Positions 9,834 to 20,105 of a DNA stretch of 64,000 nt are shown here, piece after piece. The position numbers and the translations under genes are program-made. Under the pieces are notes generated by a model. That model worked only from the letters and a program-made list of their open reading frames with translations, had not been told where the DNA came from and ran no database searches. Each line of letters opens with the position of its first letter. Within the stretch, counting starts at the first letter, position 1. This DNA is from Gemmatimonadota bacterium (GTDB taxonomy: Bacteria > JBHIER01 > G020348925). The DNA lies in assembly GCA_020348925.1 (NCBI GenBank), contig CP070758.1, positions 4,107,688 through 4,171,687 of the forward strand, written 5' to 3'.

Positions 9834-11474
9834 ATGTCTGGACATTCTTTAACATCGAGGGTGCTTGAACAACGTTCAGTATGTTTCTCAACGTGCACTG
9901 TTTGTGCTATATTTCTGTTTTTCCAATTCTCGCCTGTCGTTGCACAGAGTACTGATTGGATTGATGGGCGCCCGGATGGCTGCACCACAATTACTATAGG
10001 AAGAAAGGCCTCCAAAGAAGGCTGGGTTACAACGTCTCACACCTGTGACAGCCATCGCACGCGTTCGTGGTTGGACATCATGCCGGCAAAAAACCATAAA
10101 AAAGGGGCACCGGTCACTCTGGTGAAACGCACGAATGAGGATTCACTGGCCATGCCGGCATACACCCACGTACCGGTCGGTGAAATCCCACAAGTTGAAC
10201 ATACGCATGGCTTTATTAATACGGCGTATCCGTGTATGAACGACCATCAATTGGCGATCGGCGAATCGACCTTCGGTGGGCGAAAATCCCTTCATTCCGA
10301 GCAAGGTCTTATTGATTGTCAACAGCTCGTGCAACTCATGCTTGAACGATGCACAACTGCCCGGGAAGCCATCCAATTGGCCGGTGACCTGACGAAAGAA
10401 TATGGCTATATCGATGAGGGGGAATGTTTGACCGTTGCCGATACAAGGGAAGTCTGGCACCTGGAAATTGTTGGACCTGGAGCCGGAAACGTCGGTTCAA
10501 TCTGGGCCGCGCAACGCGTCCCAGATGATCATGTTTCTGTCAATGCCAATGCCAGTCGTATCCGTCACATCGATCGTCATGATCCAGACTCCTTCATGGC
10601 CTCAGAAAATGTGTTCTCGGTAGCCCAGGACAGTGGATGGTGGAACCCGAAATCGGGACCTTTTGAATTCTGTTACGCCTACGACCCCGAGGGTCGCACA
10701 TCGTTCGCCGCCCGACGGCGAGAATGGCGTGTGCTGGACCTGGTGGCACCATCTCTGAAACTTCATCCCAATTCTGAAAACTACCCTTTCTCCGTGAGGC
10801 CAGATACGCTGGTCACGTTGGAGAAATTGGTCTCAATTTTCCAGGACTATTTTGAAGGGACAGATTTCAATTTTATCAAAAACATCACCTGGACCAACGA
10901 AGAGGGGAAAACGGAAATCTCCCCTCTGGCCAACCCGTTTATGCCATACGACATGAACCACATCTTTAACATTAACGGTGGTTGGGGCTGGCGCGGGGAG
11001 CGCCCCATTGCCCGATGGTACACCATGTATGCCACCATCACCCAATCCAGGGATCAGCTGCCGCATGAAATCGGCGGGGTCGTCTGGCTCGCTTTTGACA
11101 ACGTGGCATCATCAATTTACGTACCGCTCTATTGCGGTATTACTGATGTTCCACAATCTTTTAAAACACCTGGCCGGGTAAACGGCTACACTCGGGATTC
11201 CGCCTGGTGGGCCTTTAATCGGACCGGGACTTTGGCTGCTCAGAGATGGGGTGACATGCGCCAGGACGTCGAAGCCGTCTGGGGACCGCTCCAGACCGAA
11301 TTGTTTGCAAATCAGAAAAGGATCGAAAAAGAGGCCTTGGCTCTTTTCGAAAAAAATCCAAAGGAAGCGAAAGCCTTCTTAACCGACTACAGCAAAAAAT
11401 GGGGCGAAAAAGTAGTAAAGGAATGTTGGGATCTGGGGGATCATCTCTGGACGAAATACGATGAGAAGTTTTGA
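9834..11474 (+). CDS. Peptidase family C69 dipeptidase
   Basis: Signal peptide then Ntn-hydrolase nucleophile CTTI; MNDHQLAIGEST and IWAAQRVPDDH motifs. Confidence 0.88.
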   Translation: MSGHSLTSRVLEQRSVCFSTCTVCAIFLFFQFSPVVAQSTDWIDGRPDGCTTITIGRKASKEGWVTTSHTCDSHRTRSWLDIMPAKNHKKGAPVTLVKRTNEDSLAMPAYTHVPVGEIPQVEHTHGFINTAYPCMNDHQLAIGESTFGGRKSLHSEQGLIDCQQLVQLMLERCTTAREAIQLAGDLTKEYGYIDEGECLTVADTREVWHLEIVGPGAGNVGSIWAAQRVPDDHVSVNANASRIRHIDRHDPDSFMASENVFSVAQDSGWWNPKSGPFEFCYAYDPEGRTSFAARRREWRVLDLVAPSLKLHPNSENYPFSVRPDTLVTLEKLVSIFQDYFEGTDFNFIKNITWTNEEGKTEISPLANPFMPYDMNHIFNINGGWGWRGERPIARWYTMYATITQSRDQLPHEIGGVVWLAFDNVASSIYVPLYCGITDVPQSFKTPGRVNGYTRDSAWWAFNRTGTLAAQRWGDMRQDVEAVWGPLQTELFANQKRIEKEALALFEKNPKEAKAFLTDYSKKWGEKVVKECWDLGDHLWTKYDEKF

Positions 11475-11588
11475 GCCTCACGGACACCGCGAGCCATCGT
11501 TTGGATGAAATACTCCCCTTGCAGATCTCAAAATGCGCAATTCTCAAGAAGGGCGCTGCACTGCTTTCGGGCCGAGATACTCTCGTCC

Positions 11589-12341
11589 CTATTCTTTATT
11601 TGTCGAGAGTTGTGTTCTCACCGACTCCGTAGCCTCTCTGACCCTCCGCTCATCACCCAAATAGAAGTGAGACTGAACCTTCAATTCCTTGTCGAACTCA
11701 TACACCAGGGGAATACCTGTGGGAATGTTGAGCATGACGATGTCCTCATTCGACATGGTATCCAGATATTTCACGAGCGCTCGGATACTGTTTCCATGAG
11801 CTACGACGAGAACTTTCTTTCTCTTTTCCAATTCAGGGACAATTGTTCCGTGCCAGTACGGGAGGACTCTCTCGAGGGTGCGCTTTAAGGATTCGGCTGC
11901 AGGCAACAAATCCTTCGGTATCCCCGTATACCGAGGATCATGGATTGGATGACGACTGTCGGATTCAGACAGTGAATGCGGTGGGACGTCGTAACTGCGC
12001 CGCCACAAATGGACCTGCTCGTGTCCGAATTTTTCCGCCGTCTCCTCTTTATTGAGACCCTGCAGATCGCCGTAATGGCGTTCGTTGAGCCGCCACGACC
12101 GATGCACCGGAATCCACATGAGATCCATATCGTCCAGAATGATCCAGAGGGTTCTGATGGCCCGTTTGAGCACCGACGTGAAAGCGATATCGAAGGTATA
12201 TCCCTCTTCTTTCATGACCCGAGCTGCTTCATGAGCCTCCCGAAGACCTCTTTCCGAGAGATCAATGTCCGTCCATCCGGTAAATCTGTTCTCCAGATTC
12301 CAGAGGCTCTCACCGTGTCGAACAAAAACGAGTTCCATCAT
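11589..12341 (-). CDS. gpmA: 2,3-bisphosphoglycerate-dependent phosphoglycerate mutase
   Basis: RHGES, FTGW.D, LNERHYG.LQGLNK, AHGNS motifs. Confidence 0.97.
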   Translation of the reverse strand: MMELVFVRHGESLWNLENRFTGWTDIDLSERGLREAHEAARVMKEEGYTFDIAFTSVLKRAIRTLWIILDDMDLMWIPVHRSWRLNERHYGDLQGLNKEETAEKFGHEQVHLWRRSYDVPPHSLSESDSRHPIHDPRYTGIPKDLLPAAESLKRTLERVLPYWHGTIVPELEKRKKVLVVAHGNSIRALVKYLDTMSNEDIVMLNIPTGIPLVYEFDKELKVQSHFYLGDERRVREATESVRTQLSTNKE

Positions 12342-12359
12342 CGAAGCACACCTCATTCA

Positions 12360-13274
12360 TCATACCCTTGAGTAAATGTTCCAGGCTTCATCCACGCTCT
12401 TGTTTTCAATGGTAACGGCGAAAATGGCATCGCACATCCTTACAGCCTCATCGAGTCCCTTCTGGTGGATGTTCCGACCGGTGGCATTTCCCGAAGCCCC
12501 GCTCACATGGATCTGATCGTGAAGTTCCTGGAGAAAATCCTTCGGAGCCCTACTGGAACCACCGGCACACACAACCTTGGTTCTGCCAGCCGCCAAAATG
12601 GCCTCTTGAAATACTTCCGCCGATGACGCCTTCTCTTTCTTCGGATAATTGACTTTGACAAAATCGGTACCAAGGCAGCCGGCAACACCCGCTGCACCTG
12701 CAATCAGGTGCGGATCCCGCTCATCCGATACAGCTTTCCCCCGAGGATACACCCACAAAACCGTCACGAGACCTTGCGTATGGGCTTCGTACACGATTTG
12801 CGTTGCCTGATGAAGCATGTCGGCTTCAAATTCGCTTCCCAGGTAGATTGTATACCCCACACCGAGGATCTTCAGTTCGCTCTCTTTCTGAAATTCGACC
12901 ACTTGATGGACATCGAGACACTGATTGCTGAACGGATCCATCTGCTTGGTACTGACAAGATTCGTCTTCGAATTCAGTTTGACCAGGTACGGCACGTCCC
13001 GATAATCCATCCCATAGCGCGCTATGAGACCGAGCTGCGTCGCAAAAACACCGATCTTTCCCTTGTGGGCGATCCGAAAAAGATGCTCAGGATCGGCATC
13101 ATCAGGATGAATCCCCTCCCCGAAAAAATCGTCGTTGAGATGCTCCACCTTTTGGTCGCCGGCAAAAAGCATGAGTCGACCGCTCGCTTTCGTTATTTCC
13201 ATAAAGTTTCTTCGATAGGCATCCTGGGCGTGCCGGGGGACATCAAGGGGAACAAGAATGTCTGATATCTTCAT
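12360..13274 (-). CDS. Class I (DhnA/archaeal-type) fructose-bisphosphate aldolase
   Basis: DQKVEH, VGYTIYLGSE, LWVYPRG, DFVKVNYP, GRNIHQ motifs; adjacent to gpmA. Confidence 0.88.
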   Translation of the reverse strand: MKISDILVPLDVPRHAQDAYRRNFMEITKASGRLMLFAGDQKVEHLNDDFFGEGIHPDDADPEHLFRIAHKGKIGVFATQLGLIARYGMDYRDVPYLVKLNSKTNLVSTKQMDPFSNQCLDVHQVVEFQKESELKILGVGYTIYLGSEFEADMLHQATQIVYEAHTQGLVTVLWVYPRGKAVSDERDPHLIAGAAGVAGCLGTDFVKVNYPKKEKASSAEVFQEAILAAGRTKVVCAGGSSRAPKDFLQELHDQIHVSGASGNATGRNIHQKGLDEAVRMCDAIFAVTIENKSVDEAWNIYSRV

Positions 13275-13339
13275 GGTTCTTCTCCTTTTGTTATCTCTTT
13301 TTCAGGGACTTCGGTCTGGAGGCACATACCTGCATGGGT

Positions 13340-13732
13340 TCATTCTTCCGCTATGACGCAATCGGCTTCAATCTCCACAAGCCAATCCTCTTGGACGAAT
13401 CCTTTGACTTCGACAAAGGTACACGCGGGTTTGATGTGAGAGAAATATTCCCCGTGAGCTTTTGCGGCCTCCTTCCATGCAGAGATGTTTTTGAGCATGA
13501 TCCTCGTTCGAATCACATCCTCAAGGTTCCCACCCGCTTCTTCAAGCACTCTTTTCATAATCTCCAAGCAGTACCCTGTCTGGCCGTAGACATCGCCTTT
13601 ATGTGCGGTCGAGCCATCGGGAGCAATCGGTGCTGTTCCCGACACGGAAATCATATTGCCGATCCTTACCGCTCTCGAGAAGCCAATGACGTCTTCATAA
13701 GGAGAACCCGATGAAACGTTTTTTCGATCCAT
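13340..13732 (-). CDS. RidA (YjgF/UK114) family protein
   Basis: GFSRAVRIGN..SVSGT and LVEIEA motifs. Confidence 0.9.
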   Translation of the reverse strand: MDRKNVSSGSPYEDVIGFSRAVRIGNMISVSGTAPIAPDGSTAHKGDVYGQTGYCLEIMKRVLEEAGGNLEDVIRTRIMLKNISAWKEAAKAHGEYFSHIKPACTFVEVKGFVQEDWLVEIEADCVIAEE

Positions 13733-13748
13733 CTTTTTCCTTCCAATC

Positions 13749-14450
13749 CTATTTTTCAGCTGTTTCCTGCAAAACAGTCTCTACTTTCGAGCGGATCAAA
13801 TCGGCGTGGGTGAAATCGAATGCCACGTCCTCCGCACCGAAGTTTTTGGCCAGCGCCTCCAATGTCTTGCGGGTCGAGTTTTGGACTTCGGATCGCATCT
13901 TTTGTACAAGATGATCAGCCATCTGCGCAGCTTGCTGCTTTGCTTCTTCCTTGAGACGATTCTTATCCTCTTCTGTCGAACCAGAACCGAAAGCTTTCGT
14001 AAGGAGACCGGGCAGTAGCCACGGCAACAGTTTTGCGCTTTGTTCATCGTAGAAGCTGATATCCCGGATGTGTACCTCGTAAATGCACTTCGGCATTTTT
14101 AAAAGATAGCGGTTATCACCCCTGCCCTCGATGACAAAATGTGGGCTCTGGAGATCGTACCGAAAATCGATTTCGAATTCGAATATCATGGCCATCTTCT
14201 TTGTCGACACGAGCCATTGAAAATATTTTTTCCCTCGCTCTCCGAACCAGTGTTCCGCCGTCGTAACAATCTCTTTCGTGATAATTTTGAACACGACGAG
14301 CTCACCGACGGACCGAAGGTCCTCGATGGATGTATGGATCTGCACTTTTGGTCCCGATGAGCCGCGCCGCAATTTCATAATCCAGAGTATGATAAAGAGG
14401 AGAACGGCAAAACCAAAACCCAAAATTCCTGAAAGAAGTATTGCTTCCAT
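13749..14450 (-). CDS. DUF4230-like membrane-anchored protein
   Basis: N-terminal TM; VGEL...KEIVT pattern and C-terminal helices typical of DUF4230. Confidence 0.6.
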   Translation of the reverse strand: MEAILLSGILGFGFAVLLFIILWIMKLRRGSSGPKVQIHTSIEDLRSVGELVVFKIITKEIVTTAEHWFGERGKKYFQWLVSTKKMAMIFEFEIDFRYDLQSPHFVIEGRGDNRYLLKMPKCIYEVHIRDISFYDEQSAKLLPWLLPGLLTKAFGSGSTEEDKNRLKEEAKQQAAQMADHLVQKMRSEVQNSTRKTLEALAKNFGAEDVAFDFTHADLIRSKVETVLQETAEK

Positions 14451-14602
14451 ATCCGGTTTCCCTTTCTCGTAAACTGTTCAATACGTTTCTCAATGGTAGT
14501 TCTTTAAACTTTTCAGTTCCGTTGAGGATTCATAATAATTTTTACGTTCATACCGCCAAGCTTTTCACCGTTTCAAAACATGCCTCTCTGTGATGGGTCA
14601 CC

Positions 14603-15013
14603 TCATGAATGGTGTGTCATCAATATATAGGAAAACGAGAGCGCTACCAAATCGCCGACGATGGAGCTCACAAATATGATGGCTGTAAGGAATGCATGTC
14701 CTGGAAATTGACCTGCTATGAAAAGCGGCAGAAGAACACCGATCAACCAGATCGACTTGAAACATAGTTGCATGAAGAGAAGCGGTGCAAATTTCAGAGG
14801 GGATCGAAGGCCGAGCAGTGATCCTATACCGAATGCGATCAATACACTGGCATACGCGCCAAATACGACCGGATCCTGAACCGGAAATCCAAGGGTTGAT
14901 TGAATTGTATGTGGAATACACAGCATTGCTACACCACATCCACCGGCCCCGACAAAAGTGTAGATATACACAAACCGCAGCCAACGCCATCTTATTCTGA
15001 AATTGTGAGACAT
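14603..15013 (-). CDS. Hypothetical membrane protein
   Basis: Four hydrophobic segments; PLLFMQLCFKSIWL. Confidence 0.65.
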   Translation of the reverse strand: MSHNFRIRWRWLRFVYIYTFVGAGGCGVAMLCIPHTIQSTLGFPVQDPVVFGAYASVLIAFGIGSLLGLRSPLKFAPLLFMQLCFKSIWLIGVLLPLFIAGQFPGHAFLTAIIFVSSIVGDLVALSFSYILMTHHS

Positions 15014-15567
15014 TTTTTTTGTTCCCCTTCCCCGAAATGAAGGATGAGACTCACTTCACCGGTTGTAATAACCGTTTTGAAAACGACGGCTCCTATTGCC
15101 AGGACTGCATAGAAACCCAATATGGTGCTCACCGGTCTCAGCACAAACGGAAATTCGGGAATGCCGAAAAGGATGCCTTCCTCAACACTAAAAATATTTT
15201 TTCCACCAATCCACAATACGACGGGAATAGTGATGAAGGAAACCGCGGGGAGACAGGTGTACAGGGAAAGTGAAAGCGCCGTTTTCAGGGCCTGCCGCAC
15301 TGACGTGCGGGCCCGCAGCCACAAACCGAACACGACACCCCAGACAAAAGCCATCCCCACGCTCAACACCGGTATCCCCATTCCCACGGCCATAGAAAGA
15401 CATTCAATGCAATAGACCCCAACAAGAAAAACAGAATAGCGAAATACACTCTTTGATTTTTCGACCACCTGCCCGACACGTTTGGCAAGAGGCACGGGAC
15501 ATCCCATTCCAGCTATGACATTTATGACCGCTAACACAATGAACACCGTTGACTCATGAAAATTCAT
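14992..15567 (-). CDS. Hypothetical membrane protein
   Basis: Multi-TM ORF overlapping the start of the next gene. Confidence 0.65.
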   Translation of the reverse strand: MNFHESTVFIVLAVINVIAGMGCPVPLAKRVGQVVEKSKSVFRYSVFLVGVYCIECLSMAVGMGIPVLSVGMAFVWGVVFGLWLRARTSVRQALKTALSLSLYTCLPAVSFITIPVVLWIGGKNIFSVEEGILFGIPEFPFVLRPVSTILGFYAVLAIGAVVFKTVITTGEVSLILHFGEGEQKKCLTISE

Positions 15568-15638
15568 TCTGTGTATCCTTCAGCTTGATTTACAGTCGAT
15601 CCGAAAACATTCGTAATGACAATGCTCGTTGTCAGTCT

Positions 15639-16208
15639 TCACACCACCTCTCTTCCTATTGAAAATGCCTGGGCCAGGAACTCCCCGATTTTATAATAGA
15701 TGCGATTGCCGGGAGAGAAGGCAATGGGATTGACCTTCTTTATGTCAGGAAGTCCCGCCTCGTCAAGGACGGTTTCATCCGCTTTCACGTCCATGATCTT
15801 CCCGATGAATTGTGTGTGGAGTCCTAATTCAAGGGTGTGGAGAAGCTGACATTCTAAAATTAAAGGGAATTCCTTCACATACGGAGCATCCACCAAGTCA
15901 CTCTTGACAGGCGTTAAGCCGGTTGTTGAAAATTTATCCTTTTTCCTGCCTGAAGTGATTCCGAAATAGTCTGCTTCTTTAACATGTGCTTCAGAAGGAA
16001 TATTGACGGTGAAGGCTTCTCGTTCGACGATATTGCCGTAAGAATACGTTGCTTTTCTGAGAGAGAGGGCAATACAAGGTGGATCCGAGCAACACAGCCC
16101 TCCCCAGGCAACCGTCATGACGTTCGGCTTACTCTCTTCGTCATACGTTCCGACAATGAAAACTGGCGTAGGGAAAACAATGGTTTTTACTTCCACAGAT
16201 TTTTTCAT
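15639..16208 (-). CDS. Flavin reductase-like / flavoredoxin family protein
   Basis: PTPVFIVGTYD, NVMTVAWGG, DYFGITSG, LGLHTQFIG motifs. Confidence 0.92.
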   Translation of the reverse strand: MKKSVEVKTIVFPTPVFIVGTYDEESKPNVMTVAWGGLCCSDPPCIALSLRKATYSYGNIVEREAFTVNIPSEAHVKEADYFGITSGRKKDKFSTTGLTPVKSDLVDAPYVKEFPLILECQLLHTLELGLHTQFIGKIMDVKADETVLDEAGLPDIKKVNPIAFSPGNRIYYKIGEFLAQAFSIGREVV

Positions 16209-16226
16209 TTTTACTCCCTCGTTTTA

Positions 16227-16949
16227 TCACCTCATCGGTTTCTCACAATACGACTGATATCTCTCCCGCTGCTCTCGCAAAGAACCACCGTGCCACAATT
16301 GCTGTTCTCCCATGAAAGGCGTCTGCCTCCCACAAATCCGGTTTTGAAAACGCGTTTTTTCCCTTTCCATATCAACGACTGTCGATACAATCCGTACGGC
16401 TGAAACCTGCCAGAGGCTACATCTCCGATAAAAAATCAAATAGGACACTTGCGACACCATGAGTGGGGCATTGTCTGCGAGCACTCTCATGGTGTTCTCC
16501 ACAAGCTCCGTAACGGTTCACTTTGGATATCATAATTTCTCAATAATTTATGTCGATTGTTGACCAAATAGAAAATACAAGTCGTCCCAACAAGAACGCA
16601 GAGCAAAAAACGGTGCAGTGTATCGAAAAAGCAGAGCCCGGAATTTGAAAGGACTCCTCTTTTCCTGCATAGAGATACTATCCGGCAGGCGTGAGAGATC
16701 GATATACCTTTCTGCGAAAAAGACGAATTATTGCCAGAACGCAAAATATCTCTTGAACAACATCTCCCACATTGAATCCGAGGGCAATGGTAACTCCCAT
16801 TTCCCCGATCCACCTCTTTGGCTCATGGAGACTCATTGAAACAGCGATATCATAGTTGAAAATTCCTGTTTGGGCCATCAACAACATGAGGACATTGACA
16901 GCAAAAAACAAAATTACGATTCAATAAATGATACCTCTGTGTAGGACAT
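16227..16949 (-). pseudogene. Degraded membrane-protein gene
   Basis: AAGGAG RBS and ATG at 16949 hit TAA after 11 codons; a hydrophobic reading continues in a shifted frame (LFFAVNVLMLL...) and is broken again by TAG at 16678. Confidence 0.4.
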
Positions 16950-17126
16950 GAACTCCTTGAATAAACGTTGATGCGTATTGTCACGTGCAGACTTTGGGAG
17001 AGTATGACCTCTTCTGGATTTTCGAACGTATTCTGGTAACAGCAATTTCGGAAACTTGAATCGTTTTGCCGGATATGAAAACAGAATCCGTAACCGATAT
17101 GTTATCCCATATTCCTTTCAAAGCGA

Positions 17127-20072
17127 TTAGGGAGAAACCTTCATAATGAATTGAATCTTTTCTCTTTCATTGGCTTTGATAGTAATATATTTCGTTTCCG
17201 TCGTGTATCCGTCCTTAATAATCTGTACCTGATGCTGGCCCACGAATAAATCGCGAATAACCTTAGGTGGTGTACCATGCGTTTTTCCGTCAATCCATAT
17301 CTCACCAAAAACTTGGTTCCTGTACTCATCGATACAGGTAATATTGAGCGATCCTTTTGCCGTGAAGTCATGCGACACAGATGCCACCTCATTGTCACCA
17401 ACGTGCACCCTCCTCTCATGCGGAAAATAGTTCGGATGTGTCAGTCTGAGCTTGTGACTGCCAGCAGTGATCTTCTCGAAAGTTCCCTTTTCCTTCGTTG
17501 TTCCCAAGCTTTTCCCATCGACAAAAACTTCCGCCCAGGGCGTCGCATGAATTTTAAGAGATCCAAAAACGACGGCATCCTCAAGTGATGATAATATGAA
17601 CTGTTCGGGATGTTCTTGTCCAGGCCGAAACGTGAGCAGTGTTTCGAGAGGGACAAAACCTTCCTTCATGATATTGATAAGATGTTCCCCCGGTTCTAAC
17701 GAAAGTGTCAACGGTGTTTGATCTTCGTATTCTAAACTGTCAATCCAAAGGCTGGCACTTTCAGGGACAGTGGAGACGATAAATGTTGACGGGAGAGGCG
17801 ACAGACGAGAACGCGAGGTGTCGACAGCACCTTGAGAAATATTGACGCGACCCTCCCAGGGCGTGTACCCAGGAAGATGTAAGGTCAGAGTATGAGCACC
17901 GATTTTCAGTTGTTCAATTTGCACAGGTGTTGTGCCACGAGAAACATCATCGAGTACAACCTGCGCACCGGAGGGATCACTCTCCACTGAAAGTCCTCCA
18001 AATGATTTTGAAAGGGGTAAAATCAGATCAATCTTATCGCTCTCCTTCAAGGAAAACCGATGGACTTCCTCCGCATAATCGGACATTGAAATGTGAAACG
18101 TGTGCTCCCCCAACACGATTTGTTCCTTCGTCATCTTCAAGGGAGTGGTTCCAAGAAATACGCCGGCTTCGGTAACGGAGGCACCGGGGGGTTCTGTTTT
18201 CAGGACCAAGGCGAACGGCGTCATGAGTTCAAAGTAATAGATCGCTGCAGCACCAAGCACAAGAACAAGCATAATGGCCATTAAAACAACGATGCGTCTT
18301 GCTCTCTTACGACGATGGGGTTTTTTCTTGGATGGTGTACCTCTATCACCGGAAAGTTTCTCCTTGGCCAAACGGAGATCCTCGATCATCTCCTCTCCGG
18401 TTTGATAGCGTTTCTCTTTTTCTTTTTGGAGGGCTTTGAGCACGATCCGATCAAGCTCTTCCGGAATACTGGGATTTTTTTGGGAGGGTGCCATAGGAAT
18501 TTCATTGACGTGTCGATACATGGTTCCCACGGCCGTGCTCCCCTCGAAAGGCACTTTGCCCACCAGCATCTCATAGAGAACAATTCCCAGAGAGTAAAGG
18601 TCGGCTCTTCCATCCGTCTCTTTTTCCCCTCGTGCTTGCTCGGGGGACATATACTGAGGCGTGCCGATACTCGTTCCGGTCGTCGTTAAACCACCGCTGT
18701 CAGCAGCTCTCGCAATACCGAAATCGAACACTTTCGTCACTTTCAGCTTACTGATCATAATATTGTGCGGTTTTATGTCGCGGTGGATAACACCGTGCTT
18801 GTGGGCAAAATCGAGAGCTTTGCACGTATCCCAAGCAATATCGAGGACTTGTTGAATCGGCAGCGCCCCTTTCTCCTCAATAAGATGTTTAAGGTTCTTT
18901 CCCTCAATGTATTCCATGATAAAATAGTGAATGCCGCTCTGTTGGCCAATCTCGTAAATCTGAATAATGTTGGCATGATTCAATCCCGCGGCAGCCCTCG
19001 CCTCACGTCGAAAACGACCGAGAAACTCTTGATCCCGAGTATACTGTTTTGGGAGTACTTTCATCGCAACGATCCGATTCAGTGACGTCTGAAGGGCCTT
19101 GTAGACGACACCCATACCACCCCGTCCAATTTCTTCGATGATCTGATAGTTCCCCACCGTTTGCCCAATGAGCTCCTCCGGGTCAAGAATTCCAGTTCCC
19201 ATTTCTCCCCCACCGGGGGTGATATCATGACCCGGCGTCGTCGGGGTCGGTGTTCCCTCCAGGAGTCTTTTCGCCGCCTTCAAGTCTCCCAGCATCTCCT
19301 CCATGGTCTGGTATCGATATGCCTTATCCTTCTCCAAAGATTTTTGAAGGATCGTTGCCATAGCCGACGCCAGTACCTGAGGAATGACCTCAACGGGTTC
19401 CGGATCTTCATTCAGCAGTGAATAGAGAATGGCCGCTTCATGCTCCCCTCGAAAAGGGCGATGGCCCGCTATCATCTCATAAAGAACGACCCCCAAGGAA
19501 AACACATCGGTTCGGTAATCAACCTCCAACCCCTGAGCCTGCTCAGGAGACATATACGAAATGGTACCCACAGTGCTTCCTGTTCTGGTAAGACGGCTCA
19601 CCCCTTTCAACTTGGCCAGTCCAAAGTCCATAATTTTTACGAGACCGCGAGGAGTCACCATGATGTTATCGGACTTGATATCCCGATGAACGATCCCCTT
19701 TTTATGGGCTTCGGAGAGACCGTCGGCAGTTTGAATAGCGATATCCAACACTCTCTCAATAGGAAGTGAATCTGAACCGAGAACATCACTCAGGGTCTGA
19801 CCCTCGACATATTCCATACAGATAAACTCCAGACCTCCCTCCTCGAACATATAATAAATCGTGGCGATATTGGGATGATTAAGGGCTGAGCTGGCTTGGG
19901 CTTCTTGCGCAAGGCGTTTCTTTGCATCTTCATCGGAAGCAAGTTGGGGTGGAAGACATTTCAGGGCAACGGGTCTGTTCAGTTTCGTATCCTCTGCTTT
20001 AAACACCGCTCCCATGCCTCCCTCACCCAGCTTCTCGACTATTTTGGAATGCGATACAACGTTCCCAATCAT
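17127..20072 (-). CDS. Hanks-type Ser/Thr kinase with two tandem kinase domains, TM helix and PEGA repeats
   Basis: Two sets of GxGGMGxV, VAxK, HRDIK and DFG motifs; TM near aa 595-615; S.P.GA.V..DG..G.TP PEGA repeats. Confidence 0.93.
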   Translation of the reverse strand: MIGNVVSHSKIVEKLGEGGMGAVFKAEDTKLNRPVALKCLPPQLASDEDAKKRLAQEAQASSALNHPNIATIYYMFEEGGLEFICMEYVEGQTLSDVLGSDSLPIERVLDIAIQTADGLSEAHKKGIVHRDIKSDNIMVTPRGLVKIMDFGLAKLKGVSRLTRTGSTVGTISYMSPEQAQGLEVDYRTDVFSLGVVLYEMIAGHRPFRGEHEAAILYSLLNEDPEPVEVIPQVLASAMATILQKSLEKDKAYRYQTMEEMLGDLKAAKRLLEGTPTPTTPGHDITPGGGEMGTGILDPEELIGQTVGNYQIIEEIGRGGMGVVYKALQTSLNRIVAMKVLPKQYTRDQEFLGRFRREARAAAGLNHANIIQIYEIGQQSGIHYFIMEYIEGKNLKHLIEEKGALPIQQVLDIAWDTCKALDFAHKHGVIHRDIKPHNIMISKLKVTKVFDFGIARAADSGGLTTTGTSIGTPQYMSPEQARGEKETDGRADLYSLGIVLYEMLVGKVPFEGSTAVGTMYRHVNEIPMAPSQKNPSIPEELDRIVLKALQKEKEKRYQTGEEMIEDLRLAKEKLSGDRGTPSKKKPHRRKRARRIVVLMAIMLVLVLGAAAIYYFELMTPFALVLKTEPPGASVTEAGVFLGTTPLKMTKEQIVLGEHTFHISMSDYAEEVHRFSLKESDKIDLILPLSKSFGGLSVESDPSGAQVVLDDVSRGTTPVQIEQLKIGAHTLTLHLPGYTPWEGRVNISQGAVDTSRSRLSPLPSTFIVSTVPESASLWIDSLEYEDQTPLTLSLEPGEHLINIMKEGFVPLETLLTFRPGQEHPEQFILSSLEDAVVFGSLKIHATPWAEVFVDGKSLGTTKEKGTFEKITAGSHKLRLTHPNYFPHERRVHVGDNEVASVSHDFTAKGSLNITCIDEYRNQVFGEIWIDGKTHGTPPKVIRDLFVGQHQVQIIKDGYTTETKYITIKANEREKIQFIMKVSP

Positions 20073-20105
20073 GAAATCAATCTCCAGATAGAAACGACTT
20101 CAATC

